From the NCBI GenBank assembly GCA_963705305.1, contig OY970067.1, positions 3,168,001 to 3,232,000 on the forward strand: a stretch of DNA of 64,000 nt, read 5' to 3'. This stretch comes from an uncultured Methylomirabilota bacterium (GTDB taxonomy: Bacteria > Methylomirabilota > Methylomirabilia > Methylomirabilales > 2-02-FULL-66-22). Numbering within the stretch: position 1 is the stretch's first letter; every line of letters starts with the position of its first letter. Made by a program: the position numbers and the translations under genes. The notes beneath the pieces are model-generated. The model worked only from the letters and a program-made list of their open reading frames with translations. It was not told the DNA's origin and did no database searches. Below, one piece after another: positions 40,694 through 51,000 of the stretch.

Positions 40694-40734
40694 CTCGAAT
40701 CCCCTCCGCCTCATCGGGAGGGGATTCGGGTTTT
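40694..40734 (+). terminator. Intrinsic terminator of the HTH-Cas4 operon
   Basis: CTCGAATCCCCTCC / GGAGGGGATTCGGG stem plus TTTT. Confidence 0.75.
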
Positions 40735-40815
40735 CAGGGGGTGCCGAAGAAACGCTCATGGCCAGGACCGGTGCCGGCCGTGGAGTGCATCGCCCTTGGC
40801 TTTCGGGTGCCTTGA

Positions 40816-43800
40816 TCAGAACGGCAGGAATCGCTTATAGAACGGCTTGTACCCGCCATCTTGCCCCTTGACGCCTGCCACGACGTTCTCAGCGACTCGG
40901 ACATCCGCATCGGACTTCAGCGCCCCAAGCGTCTGCGGCTCCTGTGTGAGGCCCTCGCGCATGAGGGCCTGGCGGCTCTTCATGGCCTCCGCGCTTGGCA
41001 CGGCGTGGCCGCCGGGGGAGCTGCCCGGCTCGCCCGGGAGGTGTGGGTGACCCGGGGCCGGATGGGGCTGGCTGCTGTCCGTGGCGTGAGGGTGGACCGG
41101 GTGCGGTTTGGAACCCTTGGGATTCTGGGTCGCGTGCGCGAGGGCCGTCGTCGGTGCTGGATCGCCGGTGGGCATCAGCGTGCTGCCCGAGAGCACGGGG
41201 GCACGAACGGCCCGGCCGAAGGCCGAGAGGGGATCCAGTGCCGCCGGATGGTCAGCCGGCGAGGGCGGCGCCCCCGGGGTGGTGAGTGTCGTGTGCACGC
41301 CCTGGAGCGTGGTCCGTTGCGCCTCAACGTCGCGTTCGATCCGCTGCAGGGCCTCCAGCCCCTGGGGGTTGGCCTTCAGGGCCTGCTGGGCCAGCTGGCC
41401 AAGCGCTTCGCGGCGGTTCGGGTCGAGGAAGAGGTTTCGCATCTCACCGTAGAAGCGGGTGACCGCCTCCTGCCCCTGCTCGGTCGTGCGGGCCGCGTCG
41501 AGGCTCCCGTATTGCGCGCGGTAGTGCTGGTCCCAGTAAAGCAGGGCCATGTCGGTCTCCCTGGACATCGACAGGGTTACCGAGGCCGCCTGGGTTCGCT
41601 CCAACTGCTCCCGGGCCGACCGCTCGGCAGACTGCGCGTGGTCCACCGAGTTGATGGCGCTTGCGGCCTGGTCGAAGCTATAGCGCTGATCGTGGCTGCT
41701 GGCGATCTGGGATCCTTCTGCGAGGGCATCCCGGAGGCTGCGGTCGCGCGCCACGGACCGCGCGAAGGCGTTGTCGAAGCTGCGGGCCTGGGTCTCGTTC
41801 AGCGTGAAGGCGCCCATAGTCTGCCCGTTCTTGGACGCGGTGACCTGAAGCTGGCTGGTGGCTCCGGTCCCGAGGACGGAGAGGCCGAACGACATGCCGT
41901 CTTGCGCGGCCAGCGACCGGACGCTGCTCTCGCTTTCGGTGTTGGCCATGGCCTGCTGCAGCGCATACCCCACGTGTTTGGAGGTGACGCGGGTGATCGC
42001 GTCTGCCAGCCCGCTCGAGGCGGTGTGGGTCTTGCTCACGTCCTCGGACTGAAGGCGGTGGACCAGGTCGCCGATGGCGAGCCCGATGGTCCGGGCGGCG
42101 CCCTGCGTGGAGCGGTCCGTGTTCGCAAGGGCGGAGGCGTACCCGCGCCCTTGCGAGGCGGCCTCCGTTTGCAGCTGCTGGAGCCCCGCGTTCGGGGCGG
42201 AAAAGAGCGTGCCCTGGGAGGACACCGACAGGCCGAAGCCGTCGTCGGATCGGAGGTTCATGAAGGTTTCCCCCCCGCTCCCCCAAGTGGTGTTCCGCAT
42301 CCCGCTGCCGATCGCCGTGACCGAGACGGGAGTGCTCCGGGATCCGAGGATGTCGTGGGCCACCGGCTGCCCCATGGGGTCCGTCCCCAGCATCTGGGTG
42401 TGGGGCACGAGGTTCCGCTGGTCCATGGTCACGGTGCCGGCGTTCACGTTCCCCACCGCTGCCTCGACGCCCATCCCGGCGCCCGTGTGCCATGGCCCGT
42501 GCTGCACGACCTTGGTCATGGCGTACGAGCCCCCGAAGATCATGCCGCCGAGGAGCATGACGCCGACGGCCACCGGGAACCCAGAGGCCGCATAGGCATA
42601 GTTGAAGGTGTTCGTGACGGGCTGGGTGGCGGCCACCGACATGCCCCAGTCCATCTGGTTGCTGTAGAGCCCCGCCTTCCCCGCCTGCATGTAGAGGATC
42701 CGGTTGGCGAAGACGTAGGCCAATGGCCAGAGCTGGAGCCAGAGTGCATTGCCGAGGACCTGGGGGAAGATCCGGGGCATGACGATGATCAGCGGGATCC
42801 CAAAGAGGAGGAAGCCGTAGAAGAGGAACTCAAGGGTCGCGTGGAAGAAGGGGAGGATCTGCTGGATCATGAGGCCCGTCGTGATCCACGCGGAGGTCTG
42901 CTGGGCCTCCGCGGCACTGATGGCCCATGCCGTGAGGACCCCGTTTTGGCTGCTGAGGGCGGCGTTCGCCTGGATCGAGGGGATGAGCTGGTTGGCCGCG
43001 AAGCGGACCTTCAGGAGATCCACGGCATTCTGGCTGAGGCCGAGGACGTCCTGGGCCGCCGTGTCGATCGCCGGCAGGACCTGGGTCGTGTCCGTCTTGC
43101 CGATGGTCTGACCGATGATGGCCAGGAGCTGCGGGTCTTGGGCCGCCTGGCCGAGGCGCGGCAGGATGATGCTATCGAAGGCCTCCGGGCAGCGCTGGTC
43201 CTCGAGGGGCTCGGCGCAGCCATCGGGGAGCCCATCGCTGTTGCACTGGGAGGGGAGGAGGATCGGGATGGCCGGGTTCGTGCCCCCGAGCATCGCCTCG
43301 GCCGTCTTCGCCTTGACGATCTGCTCGACCGTCGTGTGGCCGCTCTGGACGTCCGGGATGATGCAGAGCCGGATGTACGCGTCCAGGTCCGTGGCGAGGT
43401 TCAGGTCGATCAGGGTCGCGTCCAGGGTCGTCTGCACGACGCGGGGGCCCCACCCCAGGCCGGACTCCGTGAACCTCCCGTAGTAATCCACCGGGTAGAT
43501 GGCCTGCTCGATTTTCTCGGCCAGTTGTTCCCCGAAGAAGCTGCTGGCGTGGCCGATCACCGCGATGGGGAAGGGGACCCCGGAGACGAGGTCGGTGCTG
43601 AGCGCCACGCGGTCCACGATCGCCACCGTGGTCTGGAAGCTCGGGTTGCAGAGGATGCCGACGATCCCAGCCGTGAGCGCCACGTGGGGGATGGCCAGGA
43701 GGGCCTGCTGGCCCCCCAGGGCACTCGGGATCGCGGCAAACAGGCCGGCGAGAAGCGCCACCAGTCCCGCTACCTTCATGGCCGAGGAGAGGCCACCGTT

Positions 43801-43974
43801 CTCGCTGGCGAACAGGGCAATGCCCTGGAAGGCGCTCTTGAGGAGCTCGCCGTTGCCGTAGGTGGTGACGTCCCAGACGTTCGCCGCGGACGCCGGCGTG
43901 GGGAGGGCGAGCAGGCCGATCGCGAGGATCGGGAGGGCCAGCCCGAGGCTCCCGCGGATCGGTGCGCGCCTCAT
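40816..43974 (-). CDS. traG: F-type mating pair stabilisation protein
   Basis: VTTYGNGELL...FQGIA, SGVPFPIA, WLQLWP, polar C-terminal half; follows traH. Confidence 0.88.
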   Translation of the reverse strand: MRRAPIRGSLGLALPILAIGLLALPTPASAANVWDVTTYGNGELLKSAFQGIALFASENGGLSSAMKVAGLVALLAGLFAAIPSALGGQQALLAIPHVALTAGIVGILCNPSFQTTVAIVDRVALSTDLVSGVPFPIAVIGHASSFFGEQLAEKIEQAIYPVDYYGRFTESGLGWGPRVVQTTLDATLIDLNLATDLDAYIRLCIIPDVQSGHTTVEQIVKAKTAEAMLGGTNPAIPILLPSQCNSDGLPDGCAEPLEDQRCPEAFDSIILPRLGQAAQDPQLLAIIGQTIGKTDTTQVLPAIDTAAQDVLGLSQNAVDLLKVRFAANQLIPSIQANAALSSQNGVLTAWAISAAEAQQTSAWITTGLMIQQILPFFHATLEFLFYGFLLFGIPLIIVMPRIFPQVLGNALWLQLWPLAYVFANRILYMQAGKAGLYSNQMDWGMSVAATQPVTNTFNYAYAASGFPVAVGVMLLGGMIFGGSYAMTKVVQHGPWHTGAGMGVEAAVGNVNAGTVTMDQRNLVPHTQMLGTDPMGQPVAHDILGSRSTPVSVTAIGSGMRNTTWGSGGETFMNLRSDDGFGLSVSSQGTLFSAPNAGLQQLQTEAASQGRGYASALANTDRSTQGAARTIGLAIGDLVHRLQSEDVSKTHTASSGLADAITRVTSKHVGYALQQAMANTESESSVRSLAAQDGMSFGLSVLGTGATSQLQVTASKNGQTMGAFTLNETQARSFDNAFARSVARDRSLRDALAEGSQIASSHDQRYSFDQAASAINSVDHAQSAERSAREQLERTQAASVTLSMSRETDMALLYWDQHYRAQYGSLDAARTTEQGQEAVTRFYGEMRNLFLDPNRREALGQLAQQALKANPQGLEALQRIERDVEAQRTTLQGVHTTLTTPGAPPSPADHPAALDPLSAFGRAVRAPVLSGSTLMPTGDPAPTTALAHATQNPKGSKPHPVHPHATDSSQPHPAPGHPHLPGEPGSSPGGHAVPSAEAMKSRQALMREGLTQEPQTLGALKSDADVRVAENVVAGVKGQDGGYKPFYKRFLPF

Positions 43975-45449
43975 CAGTGCCCCATGGGCGATGCGGATCG
44001 CAACAGCTTCCCCGAGAAGGCCGTGTGGCGGGAGAACATGCTGCTACTGCTGCCCGCGTTCGCCGTCGTGATGCTCGCGAGGTCTTGGAGGATCCGGAGG
44101 GTGTTCATGAGGTTCCCCTGGGCCTCGGCGAACTGTTTGTCCAGGGTATCCCGCCGCTGGGCGAACAGCGTGTTGAAGGTCTCAAGCTCCCCGCTATTCT
44201 TTGCCTTCTGCGATTCGGCAAAGATAGTATCGCCGAGCTGCCGGACGTAGACTCGGAGGATCTGGACGGCGAGGTACTTGCTCGCGAAGCTGATCACCAT
44301 GTCGCTCGCGCCCGGCACGTTCTGGCTTGCCACCATGAGCCGCGTGAGCGGGATACCGGTGATATCGGTGGTCAGGTATTGGCTCAGGGGGCTCTTCTTC
44401 CGAGAGCGAAGATCCGACTGGTAGGTCCCGAGCTGGCCGCGGATCGTTTTGGTGAGTCCGAGGTAGGCGGGCGCCAGGGTCACCCGGGGGTTCAGGCAGA
44501 GGTCGTACTCGTCGCAGCTGTAGCCCTGCTTGTTCTCGTACCCCTCAAGGAGGTCGAGCACGTCCAGGCGGGCTGGAAACGGTGTGGCACTCTTTTCCCC
44601 TTCGGCGGCGAGTAGGTTGGTGACCACTGTTCCGAACAATGCCATGAGCTGCTCGCCGAAGTCGGTGGTGTACTCGGGCATGTCGCCCTCGATCCGCGAG
44701 TAGGCCGACCAGAACACGTTGACGCTGGTCGTCTTCGGCGGATCGAAGGGGTTCGACCCGGCATTCCGCCAGCGGGTGGTTTCCCGCTGCTCCGCCTGCG
44801 GGATGGCGCTCGGATCCGAGCCACAGACCGCGTCGCCCCCCCACCAGTCCTTGACCGCCCCCAGGTCGTTGTTGATCGCGATACAGTTGGTATAGGAGGT
44901 CTGGCGGAACTTGTCCGGGGTGAGTCCCGCTGCGGCAAACAGTCCTTTGGTCATCTGGCAGGAGTTCTTCAGATTCCCGGCCACTTCCCGGGCCATCTGC
45001 TCGAGCTTGGCGAGTACGGTGGCGCACTGCGGGCAGAGCGTTGTGAGGGCCATGTTGAACGCCATGCCCATGGCGTTCTGCGCAATGGATTGGAGGTACT
45101 TGACAAATTGGTCCATATCGATGAAGGAGAAGGCCCCTCCCATCAGGGAGATCCCGCCGCAGCCGGCGGTGAGCTTGGGCATGGAGAGGGCGAACGGGGT
45201 GGGGTTCCGGTTCGGGAACCGCATCTCGAAACTCCCGCCGGAGAGGTAGCCACGGGACTGGCCCTCGTAGAAGCCGGGCTTGGAGGTGGTCATCTGCCCC
45301 TCCCAGTCCTGGAGGAAGTTGTCGATGCCGCTCTCGAGGCCTGCAGTGGCGAGTGAGGGGAAACACGTCGTGGCGAGGAGGACCAGCACGAGGATTCCGG
45401 CGCCGCAGCGCAGGCGAGAGCGACGGATCCAACGGTATGCGAATCGCAT
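43974..45449 (-). CDS. traH: F-type pilus assembly protein
   Basis: PGFYEGQSRGYLSGGS, AGCGGISLMGGAFSFI, ALTTLCP, NSCQ. Confidence 0.92.
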   Translation of the reverse strand: MRFAYRWIRRSRLRCGAGILVLVLLATTCFPSLATAGLESGIDNFLQDWEGQMTTSKPGFYEGQSRGYLSGGSFEMRFPNRNPTPFALSMPKLTAGCGGISLMGGAFSFIDMDQFVKYLQSIAQNAMGMAFNMALTTLCPQCATVLAKLEQMAREVAGNLKNSCQMTKGLFAAAGLTPDKFRQTSYTNCIAINNDLGAVKDWWGGDAVCGSDPSAIPQAEQRETTRWRNAGSNPFDPPKTTSVNVFWSAYSRIEGDMPEYTTDFGEQLMALFGTVVTNLLAAEGEKSATPFPARLDVLDLLEGYENKQGYSCDEYDLCLNPRVTLAPAYLGLTKTIRGQLGTYQSDLRSRKKSPLSQYLTTDITGIPLTRLMVASQNVPGASDMVISFASKYLAVQILRVYVRQLGDTIFAESQKAKNSGELETFNTLFAQRRDTLDKQFAEAQGNLMNTLRILQDLASITTANAGSSSSMFSRHTAFSGKLLRSASPMGH

Positions 45450-45598
45450 CCACGGCCTCCGGAGCGTCCCGGACCGCTCCGACGGGCCCGCCGCGGTGGT
45501 GGCGGAGGGCCACCGGGTGGACCCGGCCGGAACAGTCCGGAGAGTGGAGAGTGCCGGTGACTGGAGTGAGGTTACGGAAGAACCAGACCGTCGCACCG

Positions 45599-46186
45599 TT
45601 ACAATCTCCGGATCGGCGAGGGGGATTCCCCGCCACTCGAGCAGAGGGCCGCCGCGGTCGTGGTCACCCGGAGCGACCACCACGTGGGAGGCACCCGGGA
45701 TGAAGGGAGGTGGCGTCGGTCAACGCCACCGTAGGCCCAAGGAATACGCCGCGCCAGCGCTGAACACGTGCCGGGCGGGAGCGACTCCCCGTGCTGGCAT
45801 CCCCGAGAGCCGCCGACTCGCATGGAGGGTCCGAGCGCACAGGCCGCCAGCAGGACCCCGAGGACGTAGGGCAGCATGTACGTCCCGGCGGCACAGGCCA
45901 CGCCAGTCATCAACGGCCCAAGGGATTGTCGCCGGGCCGCCGACCCCGCGCCGATCAGCAGCATCAACAGGGCCAATCGCTGGCTGAGCGACCGCCGAAG
46001 CAGTATGAGCACCGGCATATCCATCTGCGTGCAGTGCAGCCCACCGTCCGCCTCCGACGGCGCCACCAGTGCACAGACCACGATCAGACCTCCGCAGGCG
46101 CTACCCAGGGTCCCGTCAGCCCTCCCAGCACCACGATCGAACTGGCGCAGGAGCCCCGGTCCACCCGATGGGCCCAGCACCCGCAC
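45599..46186 (-). CDS. Divergent TraA-like pilin paralog
   Basis: SLSQRLALLMLLIGAGSAARRQSLGPLMTGV aligns with TraA SLGKALALIALILGIGVAAARQSFGALFGGV. Confidence 0.5.
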   Translation of the reverse strand: MRVLGPSGGPGLLRQFDRGAGRADGTLGSACGGLIVVCALVAPSEADGGLHCTQMDMPVLILLRRSLSQRLALLMLLIGAGSAARRQSLGPLMTGVACAAGTYMLPYVLGVLLAACALGPSMRVGGSRGCQHGESLPPGTCSALARRIPWAYGGVDRRHLPSSRVPPTWWSLRVTTTAAALCSSGGESPSPIRRL

Positions 46187-46206
46187 CGTGCGCGCTGCGA
46201 CGTGAG

Positions 46207-46536
46207 CTAGAAGAGCGCGCTGATCACCTGGTCGATGACGCCGGGGCCGATGCTGGCGGCCGCCGCGACGCCGACCCCCCCGAAGAGCGCGCCGAAGGAC
46301 TGGCGGGCGGCCGCCACGCCGATGCCCAGGATCAGGGCGATCAGGGCGAGCGCCTTGCCCAAGCTCCCCTTCGTCCAGTTCGAGATCAAGTCGTTCAGTT
46401 CGTCGAACGTGATGTCGTTCCCCGCGTAGGCGGCCGCGGCGCGGAGGCTCACCAGCACCGCCGCGATCACGAGCACGCGGATCAGCAAGCGAATCTCGGA
46501 CTGGTAGCGGTGGGAGAAGGTGCGGATGCGCGACAT
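46207..46536 (-). CDS. traA: Conjugative pilin
   Basis: Signal peptide, AGNDITFDELNDLISNWTKGSLGK, two TM helices, ARQS; SD AAGGAG. Confidence 0.88.
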   Translation of the reverse strand: MSRIRTFSHRYQSEIRLLIRVLVIAAVLVSLRAAAAYAGNDITFDELNDLISNWTKGSLGKALALIALILGIGVAAARQSFGALFGGVGVAAAASIGPGVIDQVISALF

Positions 46537-46564
46537 GAGCGACTCCTTTCCGTGTGCGAGGGAG

Positions 46565-47320
46565 TTACTTCCGGGTGGTTGCCTGCCAACGCGCTATCAG
46601 GGCGTCGTAGGCGAGGTACCCGTCCAGCCGGGCGCCTGTATCCAGCACGAGCGTCGGGGTGCCGTGGATCTCGAGCGTGTCTGCCAGTGCCTTGATGTGG
46701 GCCAGCGGCGTGCGGCAGCCGGCGTCCACCCCGTCCAGCGTCTGGCCATCCATGATTGCGAGCAGCGCCGCCGCCGGATCCGGGCTGCACCAGACCTGCT
46801 TGCTCTTCAGCTCCGCCTGCGGGTGGAGCTGAGGCAGCGGCAGGAGGAAGACCTCCACTCCCACCCCGTCCTTCAGGAGGCCGGGCAGGGTGTCGGCGTG
46901 GAACTTCTTGCAGAATGGGCAGTCCACGTCCTCGAAGACGGCGATCCGCTTGGTCGATTTTGCCGGCCCGAGATGAATCGCCTCCGCAAAGGGGAGGTCC
47001 TGGAAGTTGACGGCATTGAGGGCGAGCAGCTTCTGGGCGGTGAGGTTCTTCCGGGCGGCGAAGTCGTAGAGTTCGCCGACGAGGACGTACCGGCCGCTGG
47101 CGTCCATGTAGACGACGCTCTTGCCGGACCGGACCTCATAGAGGTTCGGGATCGGCGTGGGCTCGACGGCCTCCACCTTGGACTGCGGGAAGAGGTGCTG
47201 GGCCGTCTCCTGCAGGCTGGCCGCCGGGCTCACACGGGGGAGCACCACGAGGCACCCGACGAGGCCGAGCATGGCGAGGCCGGATGCCCACACACGACTG
47301 CATGGACGAGTCTTCTTCAC
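46565..47320 (-). CDS. dsbC: DsbC-family disulfide isomerase
   Basis: TPIPNLYEV dimerisation domain, DCPFCKK, GTPT. Confidence 0.9.
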   Translation of the reverse strand: MKKTRPCSRVWASGLAMLGLVGCLVVLPRVSPAASLQETAQHLFPQSKVEAVEPTPIPNLYEVRSGKSVVYMDASGRYVLVGELYDFAARKNLTAQKLLALNAVNFQDLPFAEAIHLGPAKSTKRIAVFEDVDCPFCKKFHADTLPGLLKDGVGVEVFLLPLPQLHPQAELKSKQVWCSPDPAAALLAIMDGQTLDGVDAGCRTPLAHIKALADTLEIHGTPTLVLDTGARLDGYLAYDALIARWQATTRK

Positions 47321-47455
47321 GCGTGCCTCCCGGGCTGCATAGACCAGGTGAGATCCATCGGGTAAGGGGGGACCGACGAGCACCTGGAGACGGCTAGTGC
47401 GTCATGTCCAGCAGGATCTCTGGAACCAGCGCTACCCCCTTCGACTGCCGCTCCT

Positions 47456-47498
47456 CTTGTACCAAACGCAGGGGTCGCTGCCAGGGCAGGTTTCTGCA
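47456..47498 (-). promoter_or_regulatory. Island promoter, copy 3 (dsbC-traA-traH-traG)
   Basis: TGCAGAAACCTGC-cc-TGGCAG-N16-TACAAG. Confidence 0.65.
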
Positions 47499-47623
47499 CA
47501 TTCCATCGGCGTGAAATAAACTGGCGGGCTGGAGACAGCGATGGCGGCTCCGCACGATACGGGACCGCCATCCGATGCCTTCCAGTGAGGAGCGCGACAG
47601 GCGGGCCTCCGCCGAGACATCGC

Positions 47624-48066
47624 TCACCTGATCGTGGCCCGGTGCGGGGCGACTTGGCGCAGGCGATCCTTCATGCCTGACGGCTGGGTCACCGCTCCCT
47701 CGACGGTCACCCATGCGGGGGGTTCCAAGGCGTGCTGCCGGAGCCGCCACTCACCGGGCGTCGACACGCCCAGCTCCAGGCTCGGCCACTGCTTCGCACG
47801 CCTCGGGACCGCGTGATCGAGGGCGCTCCCACCGCACGTGAAAGAGATGCTGGCCTGGCCCTGGGAGATCCGCGTGCAGTGCAGGACGCTCGAGGGCCAT
47901 GTGGCTGTCTCCACCTCTGGGGCCGGAGCACGCAGGCCAGCAACACGCCGAGCACGAGGATCCCGCGCTGTTCCCTAGTCCTACGGCGTCGTGGCACCGG
48001 CGCGCGCACATCCAGCGCTCGCCCGGACGCTCGCTGGCCTGAGCGCCCGGGCGAGCGGAGAGACAT
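47624..48066 (-). pseudogene. Possible small exported protein split by a one-base frameshift near 47920
   Basis: Signal-like GILVLGVLLACVL and the downstream ETATWPSSVLHC... are in adjacent frames. Confidence 0.3.
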
Positions 48067-48070
48067 CCGG

Positions 48071-51000
48071 CTAGTTCTGCGGTCGGAGGGGGACGGTCAC
48101 CGGACCCAGGTCCAGCGTCGCGCCGGAGTTGTCCGTGGCATACAGGTGCACCGTCGCCGTCTCGGGCGGGCTGTTCACCGGAACCTTCAGCGACCAGCCT
48201 TGCCTCACGTCCACCTTGAGCTCCGGGACCACCCAGCGGCGGATCTTGACGCTGCCGTCCGGATCGAGGCCATTCGCAGAGCACCGAAGTGTCGCGCTTG
48301 CGGTGCCCACCTGGGTCTTGGTGCAGTCGATCGTGCCGCGGGGGACCATGTTCTCCGCCACGTCCACCGTCTGGCTTGCGGTGAGCTCCTTCCCGGCTGC
48401 CGTCTTGACGGTCAGGGCAAACGTGTGGGTCCCCGGCTGGGTTACGGTCGCGCGGTTCGGCGGCCAATGGAGCGCGATGCCGTCGGCGATCCACGTTGAC
48501 GTGGTGACCCGGTCTCGTGCGTCCAGCGCACCCGGCGGCACCGTGTACTTGAGGAGGTACTGCACCGGGGGCCGCTGGGCGCCACCGGAGCTGATCGTGA
48601 TGTATGGAGCGTCCGTGGGCGGCGCCTGGACCGTGATGTCCTCCGACCAGGCGAAGGAGCCACTCACCGTTCCGAGCACCGCGAGGGACACTCGATAGGT
48701 CCCGGGCTGCGTGAAGGTCACCGCGAAGTTTGTGGACCCGCGGGTGCTCTTGATCGGCGGCGCGCTCGGGTCCGCGAGGCTCACCGCCGTCCAGCTGATC
48801 GTGATCCGCTCCCGCTTCACCGGGCTCTGGAGCTCCGTCAGTCGATAGCGGTAGGTCGTCGGGGCGTACGGTCCGTCGATCCCGTACAGGAATGCTACTG
48901 CCTGCAGCAGCGGCTCATCGATCAGCAGGCTGGCACTCTGCGTCACCGGCGTGCCGTCCTGCAGCGTGCCGGTGAAGACCAGGCTATACTGCCCGCTAAT
49001 GTGCGGCGTTACCCCGTCCAGCAGGAAGCCACGCAGGCTCGTCTGGACGATGAAGGTGTTCGAGGTGGCATCGTAATGCAGCGGGAGCGTGGTACTCGGC
49101 CCGTTCACCATCGCCTGCCCGTCGGCCGTGCCGGTCAGGGTCAGGGTCAGCTTGGCCGAGCCCTCATCGAAGGCCGACGGGACCCCGACGCCCTCCGCGT
49201 CGAGGCCTGGTACCACGATGGTCACCCGCACATCCACCGGATAGATGGTGGGGGTGAGGTGGTACTTCCTGGCGTCGGGCCGGCTGTCGTTCGGCTCCGA
49301 GCTATACCCCGCGTTCAGGAACTGCACGGCGAGGTCCAGGTAGGGGGGTACCTGCGCCGGGATGACCACCTCGGACGGCTCCGTCTGCGTCCGGGTCTGC
49401 GACCCCTGCGGGGTGAAGTAGCCCACCACCTGATACGTGCCGGGGGCCGTGTAGGTGCAAGTCACGCTTTGACCCGCCAACATTTGGGCCGGGTGGGTGC
49501 CGCAGTCCACGAGGTACTTCGAGGCCGGGAGTTCCTCGGGGAAGGTCAGCGGCACCAGGATTGTCCGCGGCCCCGTCTGGGCGAGCGCGCCGACTTGGAG
49601 GCTAATGGGCGCCCCGCTGAGGCTCGTGTCCACCGCACCGCTCAAGGCCACGTTGCCCTGGGTCCGACCGCTGAAGGCCACGTGGTAGTCCCCGGGTGCA
49701 TTCAGGAGCGTCTGCCCGGTCAGCGTAAGGCCGTCCGCGCTCAGCGTCAGGGTCACGGTGATCGCCGCCATCTGCGGGCGGGTGATCGTGAGGACCGACG
49801 TTTGCCCGAAGATCGGGTCCACGATTCCCACGACGGCTGGTGGCGCGAGGGTCACCGTCGCGTCCAGCACCGCCGGAAGGGTCGTGCTGACCGTCGCCCT
49901 GTTGGCTGGCTGACCATTGAGGGCGATCGTGATCTCCTTGACGGTGACGGGCACGGAGGCGACCGACACCGTCAGCGGCGCCGTGGCGACCCTCCGGCTC
50001 CCGTTCGGATCCGTGAACGCTCCGGTCACCGTGGCGCTGCCCGCCTTCGCGTAGGTGCACTCCCCCGTCAGGCCCGAGAACCCCTGAGCCGGGCGCGTGC
50101 CGCAGTCCGTGGTCGCATCGGCGCTCGGGGCATCCGCGGGCCAGTGGATGGGCACGCTGACGTTGGCCCCGTCTTGCACTGGCGGATCGGCCTGCAGCGT
50201 GATCGTGGCCAGGGTGAGCGGGAGCGCCACGCTCGTGGTGAGGCTCGATCCGCGCTGCGTGTGCCCGTCCAGGGTGAAGACGTAAGCCCCGAATCCGGAC
50301 GGGGAGAAGCTCGCCGTATAGTGCAGCGCGTCGGTCCGTGTCGCGGTCAGCCGCGCGATCTGGGTTCCGTCCTTGGTCACCACCATCTTCGATGTGCCGA
50401 GATTCAAGCTGTCCGGGACGCCCACACCGTCCGCTGCGGTGAACGTCACCGGGAGTCCGATCGTCTGCGGGAGCGTATACAGGGTCCGCCCCGCCAGCGG
50501 CTGGTTGCCGAGCATCGGCACCAGCGCGGGCTGGTTCAAGGCCAGGGCGGGGATCGTGACCGTCAAGGGGGCTGTTGCCGTGTTCGGTGCCCCCACCGGA
50601 TCCGTGAACCTTCCGGTCACGGTGTAGCTTCCGGCCTGGGTGTAGAGGCAAGTACCTGTCGGCCCGGTCACGGTCTGGGTCGGGCTCGTGCCGCAGTCCG
50701 CCACCATCTCCGTGACCACAGGGTCCGCCGGCCAGGTGATCGGCACCGCCACGGTCCACCCAACGCGCTGCTCGGCCACGCCAGCGGTCAGCGTCACGGG
50801 GGTCAGCGTGAGCACCAGGCTCCCCGTAGTGGTGACCGTGGCGCCGCTGCCGGTCAGCCCCAGGAGCGTGAAAGTGTAGGTCCCCGACGCCGTGAGGGAC
50901 GCCGACGCCGTGTAGTGAAGCCCATCGATGCGGGTCAGCGTGAGCGAGCCGGCCGAGACCCCGTCCTTCGTCATCGCGATCGCGGACGAACCGAGGTTGA

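Noticed and set aside
38660..40820. CRISPR array or cas operon near the Cas4-like genes
   Set aside because: No repeat-spacer periodicity and no cas1/cas2 seen here or elsewhere in the window.
40861..44250. Long antisense ORFs (also 2679-5192, 4981-7281, 14082-16136, 25584-27503, 49001-51052)
   Set aside because: Shadows of real genes on the opposite strand, typical of high-GC DNA, with no motifs.
45450..45800. Pilin-processing S26 peptidase between traA and traH
   Set aside because: No peptidase motifs in any minus frame.
47940..47950. GCAACACGCCG partial copy of the 18-bp palindrome
   Set aside because: Half-site only and within probable coding sequence.
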